Part shown: positions 55,158 through 64,000 of the stretch, piece by piece
Numbering within the stretch: position 1 is the first letter of the stretch
How the letters are laid out: each line of letters starts with the position of its first letter
DNA from: an uncultured virus (IMG/VR IMGVR_UViG_3300011334_000503)
Lineage: Duplodnaviria > Heunggongvirae > Uroviricota > Caudoviricetes
DNA length: 64,000 bases
Virus record (IMG/VR): IMGVR_UViG_3300011334_000503
Direction: 5' to 3' (one strand)
Made by a program: the position numbers and the translations under genes
Notes under the pieces: generated by a model
Told to the model about the DNA's origin: nothing
The model's database searches: none
The model's input: only the letters and a program-made list of their open reading frames with translations

Positions 55158-56546
55158 TTAGTATATTGTGTAGTATGAGTTTATGTTTGAGTTTATCGCT
55201 GCTAGATTCGATGTCTGATTTGTTGTGTATACTATCATTTCAGATATACTGCCGTAATAGTATAAAGCTCCTGTACCTAAAGCGCGACCTATTTGTAGTT
55301 TGCTATTTATAGTTACAGCACTAGTTGGTAATACAGAAGTTCCTAAACTAGCATTATTGATATAGTAGTCTGAACCTGTATTTTTGAAAATAGCCGAGGT
55401 TAACTTTTGAGCTGTAACTGAGGTAAACGTAAAGTTAGCGTCGTTAGAATAGTGAGCTATACTAACTTGAGAAGTAGATCTGTATCCTATAGCAACTATG
55501 CTGTTAGAAGTGGCGCCTGTATAATCAACACCTAAGAAATACCTATCGTTGCCTACTGTTGATTGTGATTCTACTACAAATGCAGTATATGCTGTATTGG
55601 TTAAGAAAGTTGCGTCATTTACTGTCCTTAATTCGTAAGGATTTCTATAAAAAATAGAAGGTTTATCTCTAACATCTGCTACTATAACATACGGTTGATT
55701 AGCTGTTGTTGCTTGTATTGCATCTCGACTATTCGAGCTTTGATCGTACCATTTTGTTATGTATCCAGTATTTGAGTTTGTAGTTGACGTATATTGTTGA
55801 TATCCAGTAATCGTTAACTGGGCTCCCCATGCGTATACACTAGATGTGTTGTATATTCCCGTTGTGATTCCCATGACTCCAATAGTGGTTGTCACAGAAC
55901 ACCTATACCATCCATTTCCTACACTTTCTATTTTTGCATTAGCTCCGTATTGCTGTGCAGTAATAGTTCCAGTATCTAAGTTAAAAGTTGCTTGAGATAA
56001 AAATCCTGTATTAGTTCTATACAAGTATAAATCACAGGTTGATTGAGTTGATTTTTTTAAATAACAACTAAAGACGCACATAGAGTCATTAGTATTACTG
56101 TAATCTTGGTATAAATTAATTGCAGTCGTTTGCGTTATTAAATCAGCAGTTGTAGTGCCATCTGGAGCTGTAGTTACGTTTGCTGTTACTACTGTAGCAG
56201 GTGAAGTTGCGCCTTTTTGCCAAATAGCGTTATTAAAGTCTTGCGGAGAAGCTAATAAATTTTGGTATCCTATAAAAGACAAAAGACTAGTTGTGTCTAA
56301 TCCATTGCTACTGTTGAATCCTATATCAGTTTCTGTATTATCACTTGACCTTCTAACACGAATTGCAGAACCAGCGTAGACTGTTCTTAATTTACGTAAT
56401 GAATAAGCCGCTGCAGCTCCAGAATAAGTGTCAAGCAATAAAGGAATTGGGGGTGGATCAGCTACATACTGGAATCTCCCTCCAAGACCTCTGCTTGATA
56501 TGGAGACTCTTCCGCCGTAATTGTTATTTGTGATCCTTATTGCCAT
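55158..56546 (-). CDS. lectin-like virion protein, paralog 4, with inserted beta-sandwich
   Basis: AAYSLRKL core; insert TAPDGTTTAD...GNGWYRCSV...WGAQL; ends NINSYYTIY. Confidence 0.7.
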   Translation of the reverse strand: MAIRITNNNYGGRVSISSRGLGGRFQYVADPPPIPLLLDTYSGAAAAYSLRKLRTVYAGSAIRVRRSSDNTETDIGFNSSNGLDTTSLLSFIGYQNLLASPQDFNNAIWQKGATSPATVVTANVTTAPDGTTTADLITQTTAINLYQDYSNTNDSMCVFSCYLKKSTQSTCDLYLYRTNTGFLSQATFNLDTGTITAQQYGANAKIESVGNGWYRCSVTTTIGVMGITTGIYNTSSVYAWGAQLTITGYQQYTSTTNSNTGYITKWYDQSSNSRDAIQATTANQPYVIVADVRDKPSIFYRNPYELRTVNDATFLTNTAYTAFVVESQSTVGNDRYFLGVDYTGATSNSIVAIGYRSTSQVSIAHYSNDANFTFTSVTAQKLTSAIFKNTGSDYYINNASLGTSVLPTSAVTINSKLQIGRALGTGALYYYGSISEMIVYTTNQTSNLAAINSNINSYYTIY

Positions 56547-56555
56547 TGACTTTTA

Positions 56556-57440
56556 TTAGTATATTGAGTAGTATGAGTTGATATTTGTGTTTATTGCTGT
56601 TCCATTACTTAACTGATTTGATTTGTACAAAATCACTTCTGATACAAATCCACGTGTTTGAAATCCGCCATGCGAGCCAATATTCCAAAAATTATACGAT
56701 GACGCCGCATAGGTAGTTTCTAATGTATTTGATATTATACTGTTATTTTTATACATTGTAGCTACTGGACCCGTAGTATAGTATTGACTAATTATATTAA
56801 AATTTGTATCTGCTGTACCAGCTGCACTTTGGTATTGACTTAAATTAGTTCCATTATAAACTAACATCAAATAAGTTCCTAAATATTGACCCATTGCTGG
56901 ACCTGAACCACCCGGAGAAGTTTGTCCGATCATAGGACCTCCTGTGGACAATGAATTTGCTTTTCCTACCAAAAAAAGACTATTATTTACTGCAGCGCTA
57001 ATTTGATTAGTCATTTCTAATCTAGTGCCATCAACAAAATTTATAGAAGGTTTACCATTTTGTGTTTGCAATACACCCGCAAGAACTATTGTATGCGCAT
57101 CGGTAGAGTTAAAAGGCACAGCAGCATTATTATTATTTCCGCTTTGGTCATACCATATACTTACATTTGCACGATTTGCGCCTATAAAAGTTAATAAAGT
57201 TGTTGTGTCTAAAACATTGTTAACAAAACCGATATCTAATAAAGCACCATCAGTTGATCTTCTTACTTGAATAGCAGCACCAGTATAAGCAGTTCTTAAC
57301 TTACGTAATGAATAAGCGACGGCAGCGTCTGGGTAAGTATCAAGTAACAGCGGTTTTACATATCTAGTCCTAAATCTTCCAGAAGTTCCGAAAAACTTAA
57401 CCTTACCGCTAAGTCCACTATATGATAAAGTAACTCCCAT
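56556..57440 (-). CDS. lectin-like virion protein, paralog 5
   Basis: AYSLRKLRTAYTG...WYDQSGN...NINSYYSIY. Confidence 0.7.
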   Translation of the reverse strand: MGVTLSYSGLSGKVKFFGTSGRFRTRYVKPLLLDTYPDAAVAYSLRKLRTAYTGAAIQVRRSTDGALLDIGFVNNVLDTTTLLTFIGANRANVSIWYDQSGNNNNAAVPFNSTDAHTIVLAGVLQTQNGKPSINFVDGTRLEMTNQISAAVNNSLFLVGKANSLSTGGPMIGQTSPGGSGPAMGQYLGTYLMLVYNGTNLSQYQSAAGTADTNFNIISQYYTTGPVATMYKNNSIISNTLETTYAASSYNFWNIGSHGGFQTRGFVSEVILYKSNQLSNGTAINTNINSYYSIY

Positions 57441-57694
57441 TAGAAGCCACCTCCATCAACTGTTAAAGCAAAAGATCCGGTTATTGAAAAGGAAGAAGTT
57501 ACTGCGTAAGAAGAGCTAAGCGCGTAAGAAGAGCTTACGGCAAATGAACTTGATAAAGAGTAGGAAGAAGATACTGCATTTGATGCTGTGCCAAAAAAGG
57601 ATCCTGAGATTCCTTTTGTTACTTTAAGCGATCCTGTTATTATAGAATCGTTTTGGGCTATCACCCCATTCCGGGCTATAAATTCTAAACTCAT
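57440..57694 (-). CDS. short Ser-rich fibre/adaptor protein
   Basis: MSLEFIARNG start, SSSYA repeats, ends VDGGGF. Confidence 0.65.
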   Translation of the reverse strand: MSLEFIARNGVIAQNDSIITGSLKVTKGISGSFFGTASNAVSSSYSLSSSFAVSSSYALSSSYAVTSSFSITGSFALTVDGGGF

Positions 57695-57702
57695 ATCTTT
57701 GT

Positions 57703-57726
57703 GTCTCGGTTCACTCTCCCCAAGAC
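57703..57726 (-). promoter_or_regulatory. leader hairpin GTCTTGG-GGAGAGTGAA-CCGAGAC
   Basis: 7-bp stem with a purine-rich 10-nt loop, 8 nt before the ATG at 57694. Confidence 0.45.
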
Positions 57727-57743
57727 GAGGGTTTATCTATTTT

Positions 57744-60700
57744 CTATAAATATGTTACTGTGCTTCTTATTTGCCAAGCAGAATCGTTTGTTTGTATATT
57801 AAATTGAGCTTCTGAGTTTATTATCGCTACTGATGCTGTTACGGTTGCGGTACTTCCGAGATCGTTGGTAGAAATGTCCGTGTACTCTACGTTTCCTCTG
57901 TTCCAGACCGCGAATACTTCTCCTGCTCTTGCGTTTGATCCACTGTGTACCGTGTACTTGTAGAATCCAGAAGTAAAGCTTCCAGTTTGTTTGGTGAACA
58001 AGTTGTTTGATCCTACTATCGAAGTGTTAACGGTCGCGTATTCGGTAAGTGCTCCCCTAACTTGGAAAGATACCGCGTACGAAGCAGTGGCTGCAACTTC
58101 GGTGTAAGAAGAGGTAACTGCGAAAGATGAGCTAGCCGCTTGAAGCGCATAGGATGCAGTTTGGGGCACGTTGGCAGCATAAGAAGCAGTTAAAGCGTAT
58201 GAACTACTTACTGCTTGAGAAGCTGTCCCAAATAGAGATCCTGTGATTCCTTGAGTAACCGATAAGGATCCGGTAACTTGTAGGCTAGAAGAAACTAGTA
58301 AGCTTCCTGTTATGACTGCAGATCCAGAGAATGGAAATCCTGCTCCTGTTCCGCCAGATCCTGATATATAAGAAGCTGTAAGTGCAAACATAGCGTAAGA
58401 AGCCGTAGTTGCGGTACTTGCGTTACCAACTATATTTGCAGTTATTGTAGACTGATTAGTCCATTTTCCTGCTGTAGTATCATAAGCAAAAGGTTGATGA
58501 TCACTTGGTGCTGTAATTGATACATCAGAAAGTCCAGCTAAAGTAGTTGTGATTGTAGAACCACCACCTCCTGAGCCTCCAATAGACCTAAATAATCCCG
58601 AAGGCATAATTGTTGCATCTGCTGGTACTTGTAATGAAGCATTATTAGCTCCTGAGATACAGATTGCTCCAAGGTATATTGCGTTAGCCGCAGTGTTTGG
58701 AGCTTCTACAAAAGACTCTATATTAATATTCGCGATTGCATCAGATAAGGTAGAATATGTTCTGTTTCCGTAATAAACTACTATTGCTTTTGTGTTTGAA
58801 TTAGGGAACCAAAATACTCTTTGAATAGAGAAGTTTCCAGCTCCAACCGCGGTTAAAACTCCATTATTGGAATAGTTTTGTGAATCTATTATTGGATAAC
58901 CTGCTCCTGCGTTAGTGTTGTATACATATTGAGATCCGGACTGTCTGTATCTGTATATTTTTGATATATTAGTACCATTGTCTATTACGTAACTTGGATT
59001 GTCTGGATCTACTGTGTAATATGCTCCGTCTGCGTAAGCAGTTCCGCTTCCGACTATTAAACTTCCTGTAGAAGATCCGCTAGCCGCTAAGGTAAATCCG
59101 GAAAGTTTTAAAGGTCCAAATGCTCTTGTAAATATATTATTTCTTTGTACTGCTCCATATGCTACACTAGGTTGTGTTTTAACCGCATTAATTGTAGAAC
59201 GATTTTGATGTAAAACTACACCTATATTGATTAAAGTGTCAAATTGTCCATCAAAAAATGGAGTTCCTTGAGCGTATATATTACCTGTATTATCGATACC
59301 TACAAAAGTCTGGTCGTAAGATCCGGTTTGAGGTGCAATGCTAGCAGAAAGATTATTCCAATTTACGTATTTAATTATCGGGAAAGGATTGTCACTTAAA
59401 GAGGCATTTAGATCTACTATAATACCAGAACCACTTGATACGGTATAAACTGTAGATGATGATGATCCAATTACACCTCCATTTAACAATCCTGTATACA
59501 TGTTACCCTCTAACCACCTAAGTCTTGTTACGTTAGAGTATCCAGATCCATTTTGGCTAAAATATAAGTCGTTTGTAGAACCAGAAACATATATGTAAGA
59601 GGCTGATATGCTTGTGTTTATATTTGTTGATACCGCATCGAATCTATGATAACCAGCTTGTCTAATATCACCGTAAATTTGTACGCTTGGAATAGTAGAT
59701 CCTAGCGATCCTGAAATAGTTACACTACCTGATAATAGAGTTGTTCCAAGAAGAGTGTTATTACCAATTTGAGTAGTTGATCCAGATATATTAAGACTTC
59801 CTGTTACTGTTTGAGTTCCTAAGAAAGAATTAGATCCAGTAGTAGCGAATATTTGCCTATTTCTTCCGTCAAATAATATTGAGTTATCAGCTATGCTAGA
59901 GCTAACTGATCTTGAAGCTGATACAGCGTTACTTGAAGTTCCGAATAAACTTCCGGTTATTCCATGACTAACGGTTAGAGATCCAGTTATTTTTAAAGAT
60001 CCAGTTATTTCGTGAACTCCATTAGGACTAAATACAGCTTTTCTATTTAAGTTAGTATCAAAGCCACCTGCGAATATTTGAACTGGATAATTTGAAGCGT
60101 TACCGATGTGAAGGTCTCTACCAGTTGAATAAAGATATGCATCGTTAGATACACCGATAGGACCAACGAAGTTTTCTCCGTTAATACCCATGTCTATGTA
60201 ATTCGTAGTCTCGTCTCCGTTATTTGCGGTTGCGACTACGTCAGAAGATGCAGTTGGTCCTTGATTTGTATTTTGTATGTTTAGTTGTAAGTAGTTGTTT
60301 AGGTTACCCTTACCGCTTATTACATTGAATGAAGAAGTGCTAGACTGCCACACATACAACGCTTCGGGAGCAGCAGTAGTTATCGCTTCTTGGTTGATTG
60401 CGATGCTCTGTGGGTATATTTGATACATAGAGCTAGTAACCAATGAGTCCACTGAAGAAAAGGCCGGAATGTATTGTAACCTTCCTTTTAGGTTGCCTAT
60501 AGATCCAGTAAAGAATCCTGTAAAACTTCCTGAATAAGATCCTGATCTAAAAGAAGAGGAGAGCGACGCGTAAGAAGAGGATAGGCTCATTAAACTAGCG
60601 CTAGTAGCTGCAATGTTGCTTGCGATAGACGCGCTTGTTTGCGCTATATTAGTTCCAATTGAAGAACTAACTACAGATACGTACTGTTGAACAGCGTATT

Positions 60701-62942
60701 GAGTTGGTGCTGTATCTTCTCCGTAAATTCCTTGAGAGTTTATTAAAGCTGTGTTGTTACTTACCTCTTGAAGTACTACTCCAACAGGAACTCCGTTTCT
60801 TTTGAACGGTCCGATAGCGTTTAGTCCTGATAGATTAAATGAATTGGCGTTTATCGTTACTTCGCCTGTCAATTGATTCACCGCAAAGTAGCTTCCTATC
60901 GCTAGATTGCCTATGTTATCGATAGTTACGTAGAATACTTTACCAGGAGCTATTTGAGTGACTTCTCTTTGCTTTATTGGAATTCCTCCGTACTGTGGAA
61001 GAGCATTGTAAGTTACACCGCTACCAACGTATTCGTTAACAAGACCTCCAGTAGAAATATTAGATAAATCGTAGAACTGTACTACGTCTCCAGTAGCTAT
61101 ACTTGAAGGAGAAGGATATGTAGTTATTCTTTTTTGAGAAGGTTGTCCACTTACTGCAGCAACTCCTGTGATAAGGTAGTTGGTACCGTTAAGCCTCATG
61201 TTTGAGCTTATGTCTACACTTCTAGATCCACTAACTAGACTTATTAGCATTTCAGATACTCCTGTTATGCTAGCTTTGCCAGCAACAGTAGTAGCTTGAA
61301 TTCCTCCAACTCCAGTTGGTGCTGCAATAGTTACGTTTGGTTGATCGGTGTATCCGCTACCACCAGTAAGTAGTACTATTTCATCTATTGATCCATTTGC
61401 GTTTACATTTGCTTGAGCTGTAGCGTTTACTATGGCTCCTCCGCCAGTTATTGTTACATTTGCTACTGATCCTGTGTATCCAGCTCCATTTTCATCTATA
61501 ACAAATCCACTAACAGTAGAGGTTTTTGTCTCTAATGAAGATCCTGTATTATATGTAAATGGATAATAGGTTTTAGAAATTAATCCGTATTTTCCAAAGT
61601 CAATTACTGAGTTTGATACGTTTGCGAATCCACCTGCCGCGGTTTTGAATCCATAGGTACAGAAAGTAGTGAAACAAGATACAAACTGAGCATATCCTCT
61701 GTTGATTACTAAGTGTCCTGGTCCTCCTTGGTTAACTTGAGTGAATGAGTCAGCCACCATAGATCTTAATGGAGAGCCTACAGTAGTTAAGTTTCCGTCT
61801 ATTCTCATTCCACCACCAGCTCCTTGCTCATTTACGTTACTTGTGTCGTAAGGTAATGGAGTGAATACAGATATTAGATTTCCTGAGTTATCAAAAGGTC
61901 CTGTAATTGAAGAACAGTTCTGAATGTAAGGAGAAGTTCCTATAAAAGGCCTTACAGAGGTTGGTATCGGAATAGAGACCAATGGTTTTTCTCCTAAAGC
62001 GTATCCAGATCCTCCGTTGGTAATAGTGAATGAGGTTATTAATCCTCCAGATATAGTTGCTACAGCAGTTGCTGCAGTTCCTATTCCATCTGGTTCTTCT
62101 ATTAATATACCTATATCCTGATTTACTCCATCAGTATATCCTGTGGCTGAGTGAATAAGATTAAGTCCAGTTACTTGCCCTCCAGAAATTGTAGCGGTCG
62201 CGATAGAACATGGAAACGAGAAACAGAACGCGGGATGCTGTAAGTTTAGAATCCTAAGTCCGTAAAAATAACTCGATTCGTATATGTGGAAGTAATCCTT
62301 TGTAGGATTAGCTGCGGTCAACCTTACTGTACGCAAGTTGTCTCCAACTATCGCTACTCCAGGAGGAACTACGATAGGGTTTTGCTCGGTGTAGTCTCCT
62401 GACCCGACAAATATCGTATATCTTTTTATATTATACGGGCTTTTAGCGCCTAAGCTGTCTACAGCTGCTTTTATCGTTTTGAAAGGCTTGTGAGGCTCTG
62501 TACCATCGTTAGTATCTATACCTTCTGGTGAAACATAAAGCCTTTTTGATCCGGACATTGCATTTTCTAGCAAATCTGTCCTTTGATCGAAAGAACCACT
62601 GTCTGATTTGTAGCTAGAGGTAAAGTTATTAAACCCAATTAGAGTTGTGTAATTAGGCGCAAAGGATGCAGTGTTAGCGTTGATCGCTTGTGTAGCATAA
62701 CTAGCTGTACCTATTAAATTGCCATAAATTTGAGTTATAAAAAAAGATCCGGACACGTCTAAAGATCCAGATACTATAAATGATCCGCTTATTTCAACTC
62801 CATCGCTTTTTAGATACAGTCCAGTTGCGCTTCCGGTACCGTCCGATATGTTTTTAAAATTAGGAGTTATTTGCCCGTTATCGCCTACTTTTAGTAACGA
62901 TTTGTATGTATCCTTTATCTTTTGTCCAGTTAATGATGCCAT
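57744..62942 (-). CDS. large tail fibre/spike with beta-helix (pectin-lyase-like) region
   Basis: LYVSPEGIDTNDG...PFKTIKAA, GDNLR, SPYIQNCSS, GMRIDG; many TGS/SGS/ASYA repeats. Confidence 0.75.
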   Translation of the reverse strand: MASLTGQKIKDTYKSLLKVGDNGQITPNFKNISDGTGSATGLYLKSDGVEISGSFIVSGSLDVSGSFFITQIYGNLIGTASYATQAINANTASFAPNYTTLIGFNNFTSSYKSDSGSFDQRTDLLENAMSGSKRLYVSPEGIDTNDGTEPHKPFKTIKAAVDSLGAKSPYNIKRYTIFVGSGDYTEQNPIVVPPGVAIVGDNLRTVRLTAANPTKDYFHIYESSYFYGLRILNLQHPAFCFSFPCSIATATISGGQVTGLNLIHSATGYTDGVNQDIGILIEEPDGIGTAATAVATISGGLITSFTITNGGSGYALGEKPLVSIPIPTSVRPFIGTSPYIQNCSSITGPFDNSGNLISVFTPLPYDTSNVNEQGAGGGMRIDGNLTTVGSPLRSMVADSFTQVNQGGPGHLVINRGYAQFVSCFTTFCTYGFKTAAGGFANVSNSVIDFGKYGLISKTYYPFTYNTGSSLETKTSTVSGFVIDENGAGYTGSVANVTITGGGAIVNATAQANVNANGSIDEIVLLTGGSGYTDQPNVTIAAPTGVGGIQATTVAGKASITGVSEMLISLVSGSRSVDISSNMRLNGTNYLITGVAAVSGQPSQKRITTYPSPSSIATGDVVQFYDLSNISTGGLVNEYVGSGVTYNALPQYGGIPIKQREVTQIAPGKVFYVTIDNIGNLAIGSYFAVNQLTGEVTINANSFNLSGLNAIGPFKRNGVPVGVVLQEVSNNTALINSQGIYGEDTAPTQYAVQQYVSVVSSSIGTNIAQTSASIASNIAATSASLMSLSSSYASLSSSFRSGSYSGSFTGFFTGSIGNLKGRLQYIPAFSSVDSLVTSSMYQIYPQSIAINQEAITTAAPEALYVWQSSTSSFNVISGKGNLNNYLQLNIQNTNQGPTASSDVVATANNGDETTNYIDMGINGENFVGPIGVSNDAYLYSTGRDLHIGNASNYPVQIFAGGFDTNLNRKAVFSPNGVHEITGSLKITGSLTVSHGITGSLFGTSSNAVSASRSVSSSIADNSILFDGRNRQIFATTGSNSFLGTQTVTGSLNISGSTTQIGNNTLLGTTLLSGSVTISGSLGSTIPSVQIYGDIRQAGYHRFDAVSTNINTSISASYIYVSGSTNDLYFSQNGSGYSNVTRLRWLEGNMYTGLLNGGVIGSSSSTVYTVSSGSGIIVDLNASLSDNPFPIIKYVNWNNLSASIAPQTGSYDQTFVGIDNTGNIYAQGTPFFDGQFDTLINIGVVLHQNRSTINAVKTQPSVAYGAVQRNNIFTRAFGPLKLSGFTLAASGSSTGSLIVGSGTAYADGAYYTVDPDNPSYVIDNGTNISKIYRYRQSGSQYVYNTNAGAGYPIIDSQNYSNNGVLTAVGAGNFSIQRVFWFPNSNTKAIVVYYGNRTYSTLSDAIANINIESFVEAPNTAANAIYLGAICISGANNASLQVPADATIMPSGLFRSIGGSGGGGSTITTTLAGLSDVSITAPSDHQPFAYDTTAGKWTNQSTITANIVGNASTATTASYAMFALTASYISGSGGTGAGFPFSGSAVITGSLLVSSSLQVTGSLSVTQGITGSLFGTASQAVSSSYALTASYAANVPQTASYALQAASSSFAVTSSYTEVAATASYAVSFQVRGALTEYATVNTSIVGSNNLFTKQTGSFTSGFYKYTVHSGSNARAGEVFAVWNRGNVEYTDISTNDLGSTATVTASVAIINSEAQFNIQTNDSAWQIRSTVTYL

Positions 62943-63012
62943 TTTCTTTTTTTAAGTACTATCAATAAATATGAAGTAATTCTATGTTTATCACAACCAG
63001 TTTTCTTAGTTT

Positions 63013-63318
63013 TTACAAACTTCCCGTACTAATAGATCCACTAACAGATAAGTTTCCTACTATAGCTACTGAACCTGATACATCTATCGTTCCAGCTTGA
63101 TAAGCGCTTGAAGTAACTACTGTATTTCCATAAATTATAAAATCGGGTATACCAGTCTTAGTTCCATCCCAGTTTCCAAAAGCTTCATTCCAATTAACGT
63201 CTACGTCTTCTGGATTTTGAAGAGCAGTTGGTACTTTAGATCCACTCAATATAAGTTGATCATCTGCCTCATTGTAATGTAAGTTAGATAGTATTTGTTT
63301 TAGTTTTATTCTTGCCAT
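63013..63318 (-). CDS. hypothetical virion protein
   Basis: MARIKLKQI start and SGS repeats. Confidence 0.6.
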   Translation of the reverse strand: MARIKLKQILSNLHYNEADDQLILSGSKVPTALQNPEDVDVNWNEAFGNWDGTKTGIPDFIIYGNTVVTSSAYQAGTIDVSGSVAIVGNLSVSGSISTGSL

Positions 63319-63322
63319 AGTA

Positions 63323-63667
63323 TTATAAAAATTTTCCTATTGATATTATAGTATCTCCATATTCAAATTGGTATTGCAAAACTTCTGGATCTATGACTAA
63401 AATAGAGCTACTTAGCGAAGAAGTAAAACTTTGTATAGCTTCAAACTCAAGGCTAGATCCATTTATATAAAATTCAAATTGATCGCTAGAGTTTGGTGGA
63501 AAATCTGAAGGAGCTACTGCCCAACTTCTATTAAAAGTAGCGGTTCTGTAGTCGGTATAAGACCCAGTAATAACAGTATTAGACGCCAAGTAGTTCAAGA
63601 TATCTGCTCTTGAATTAGTGGCGCCTTGTCCAGTACCTTTAACTATTATATTCTTATCTGGTATCAT
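63323..63667 (-). CDS. hypothetical virion protein, paralog of the adjacent upstream ORF
   Basis: NYL..N...TFN..W..AP...PPNSS..F..Y/F.NG...IGKF shared with its neighbour. Confidence 0.65.
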   Translation of the reverse strand: MIPDKNIIVKGTGQGATNSRADILNYLASNTVITGSYTDYRTATFNRSWAVAPSDFPPNSSDQFEFYINGSSLEFEAIQSFTSSLSSSILVIDPEVLQYQFEYGDTIISIGKFL

Positions 63668-64000
63668 ATCGCAGAAAATTTACCGATAGCTATTACTAGA
63701 TCATTAGATTCTAGACTGTATCCAAGCAATGCTGGATTAATAACTAATGTAGAATACGTTATATTGTCTGTAAAAGTATAAGAAGATGGTTCAATGTAGA
63801 CTCCATTCACAAATATATTGAAATTTGATGAACTATTTGGAGGCAAAGGACTAGGAGCTTCTGCCCAGCCTTTATTAAAAGTTACAGAGGTTGAATTTAC
63901 GTAGGTTCCGACTAAACTTGTATTGTTTATTAAGTAATTTGCGTAAATTGGAGTTAATCCTTGTGAACCTCCATCGTTAACAATAATATTAACTCCGTCT
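63664..64000 (-). CDS. C-terminal part of a virion protein, 5' end outside window
   Basis: The frame is open to the window edge (DGVNIIVNDGGSQGLTPIYANYLINN...), so the track start at 63846 is internal. Confidence 0.7.
   Translation of the reverse strand, partial: DGVNIIVNDGGSQGLTPIYANYLINNTSLVGTYVNSTSVTFNKGWAEAPSPLPPNSSSNFNIFVNGVYIEPSSYTFTDNITYSTLVINPALLGYSLESNDLVIAIGKFSAI

Noticed and set aside
45676..57440. Possible CRISPR array or diversity-generating retroelement in the repeat-rich fibre region
   Set aside because: The repeats are degenerate coding repeats. I saw no repeat-spacer periodicity, no reverse transcriptase and no TR/VR pair differing only at adenines.
1002..58773. All plus-strand ORFs in the track (for example 11835..12368, 48122..48442, 49613..49954)
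   Set aside because: They are antisense shadows of well-supported minus-strand genes and show no recognisable motifs.
1..64000. Stop-codon reassignment, as seen in some Bacteroidota phages
   Set aside because: Conserved genes are full length in code 11, and TAG ends genes such as polA and the tail tube at the expected positions.

Overview
This 64 kb window comes from a large AT-rich myovirus-type (contractile-tail, probably jumbo) phage. Essentially all real genes lie on the minus strand and use the standard genetic code. A Bacteroidota host is likely, from TAnnTTTG promoter boxes, A-rich starts without Shine-Dalgarno sequences and a tmRNA tag ending YALAA. In coordinate order the window holds: a PD-(D/E)XK nuclease; tRNA-fMet plus tmRNA; a heme oxygenase/PcyA-like bilin reductase cassette; a putative cytosine-modification operon (dCMP-type thymidylate synthase homolog, dCMP deaminase, MazG, DUF6378-like, PLP enzyme, SGNH-like protein); an HNH nuclease preceded by a kissing-loop RNA; GroEL/GroES/Hsp20; replication genes (PolA, NrdAB, helicase, 5'-3' exonuclease, RecA/UvsX, SSB, a second divergent PolA-like gene); baseplate, tape measure, a tail chaperone with a probable +1 frameshift, tail tube and sheath; a sulfation/glycosylation/hydroxylation enzyme cluster; and a long modular array of fibre/lectin genes. 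The best candidates for undescribed systems are the cytosine hypermodification operon, the structured-RNA/HNH unit, and the PAPS-sulfotransferase-GT9-five-oxygenase cluster beside the fibres. All calls come from motif recognition by eye; no searches or folding programs were run.
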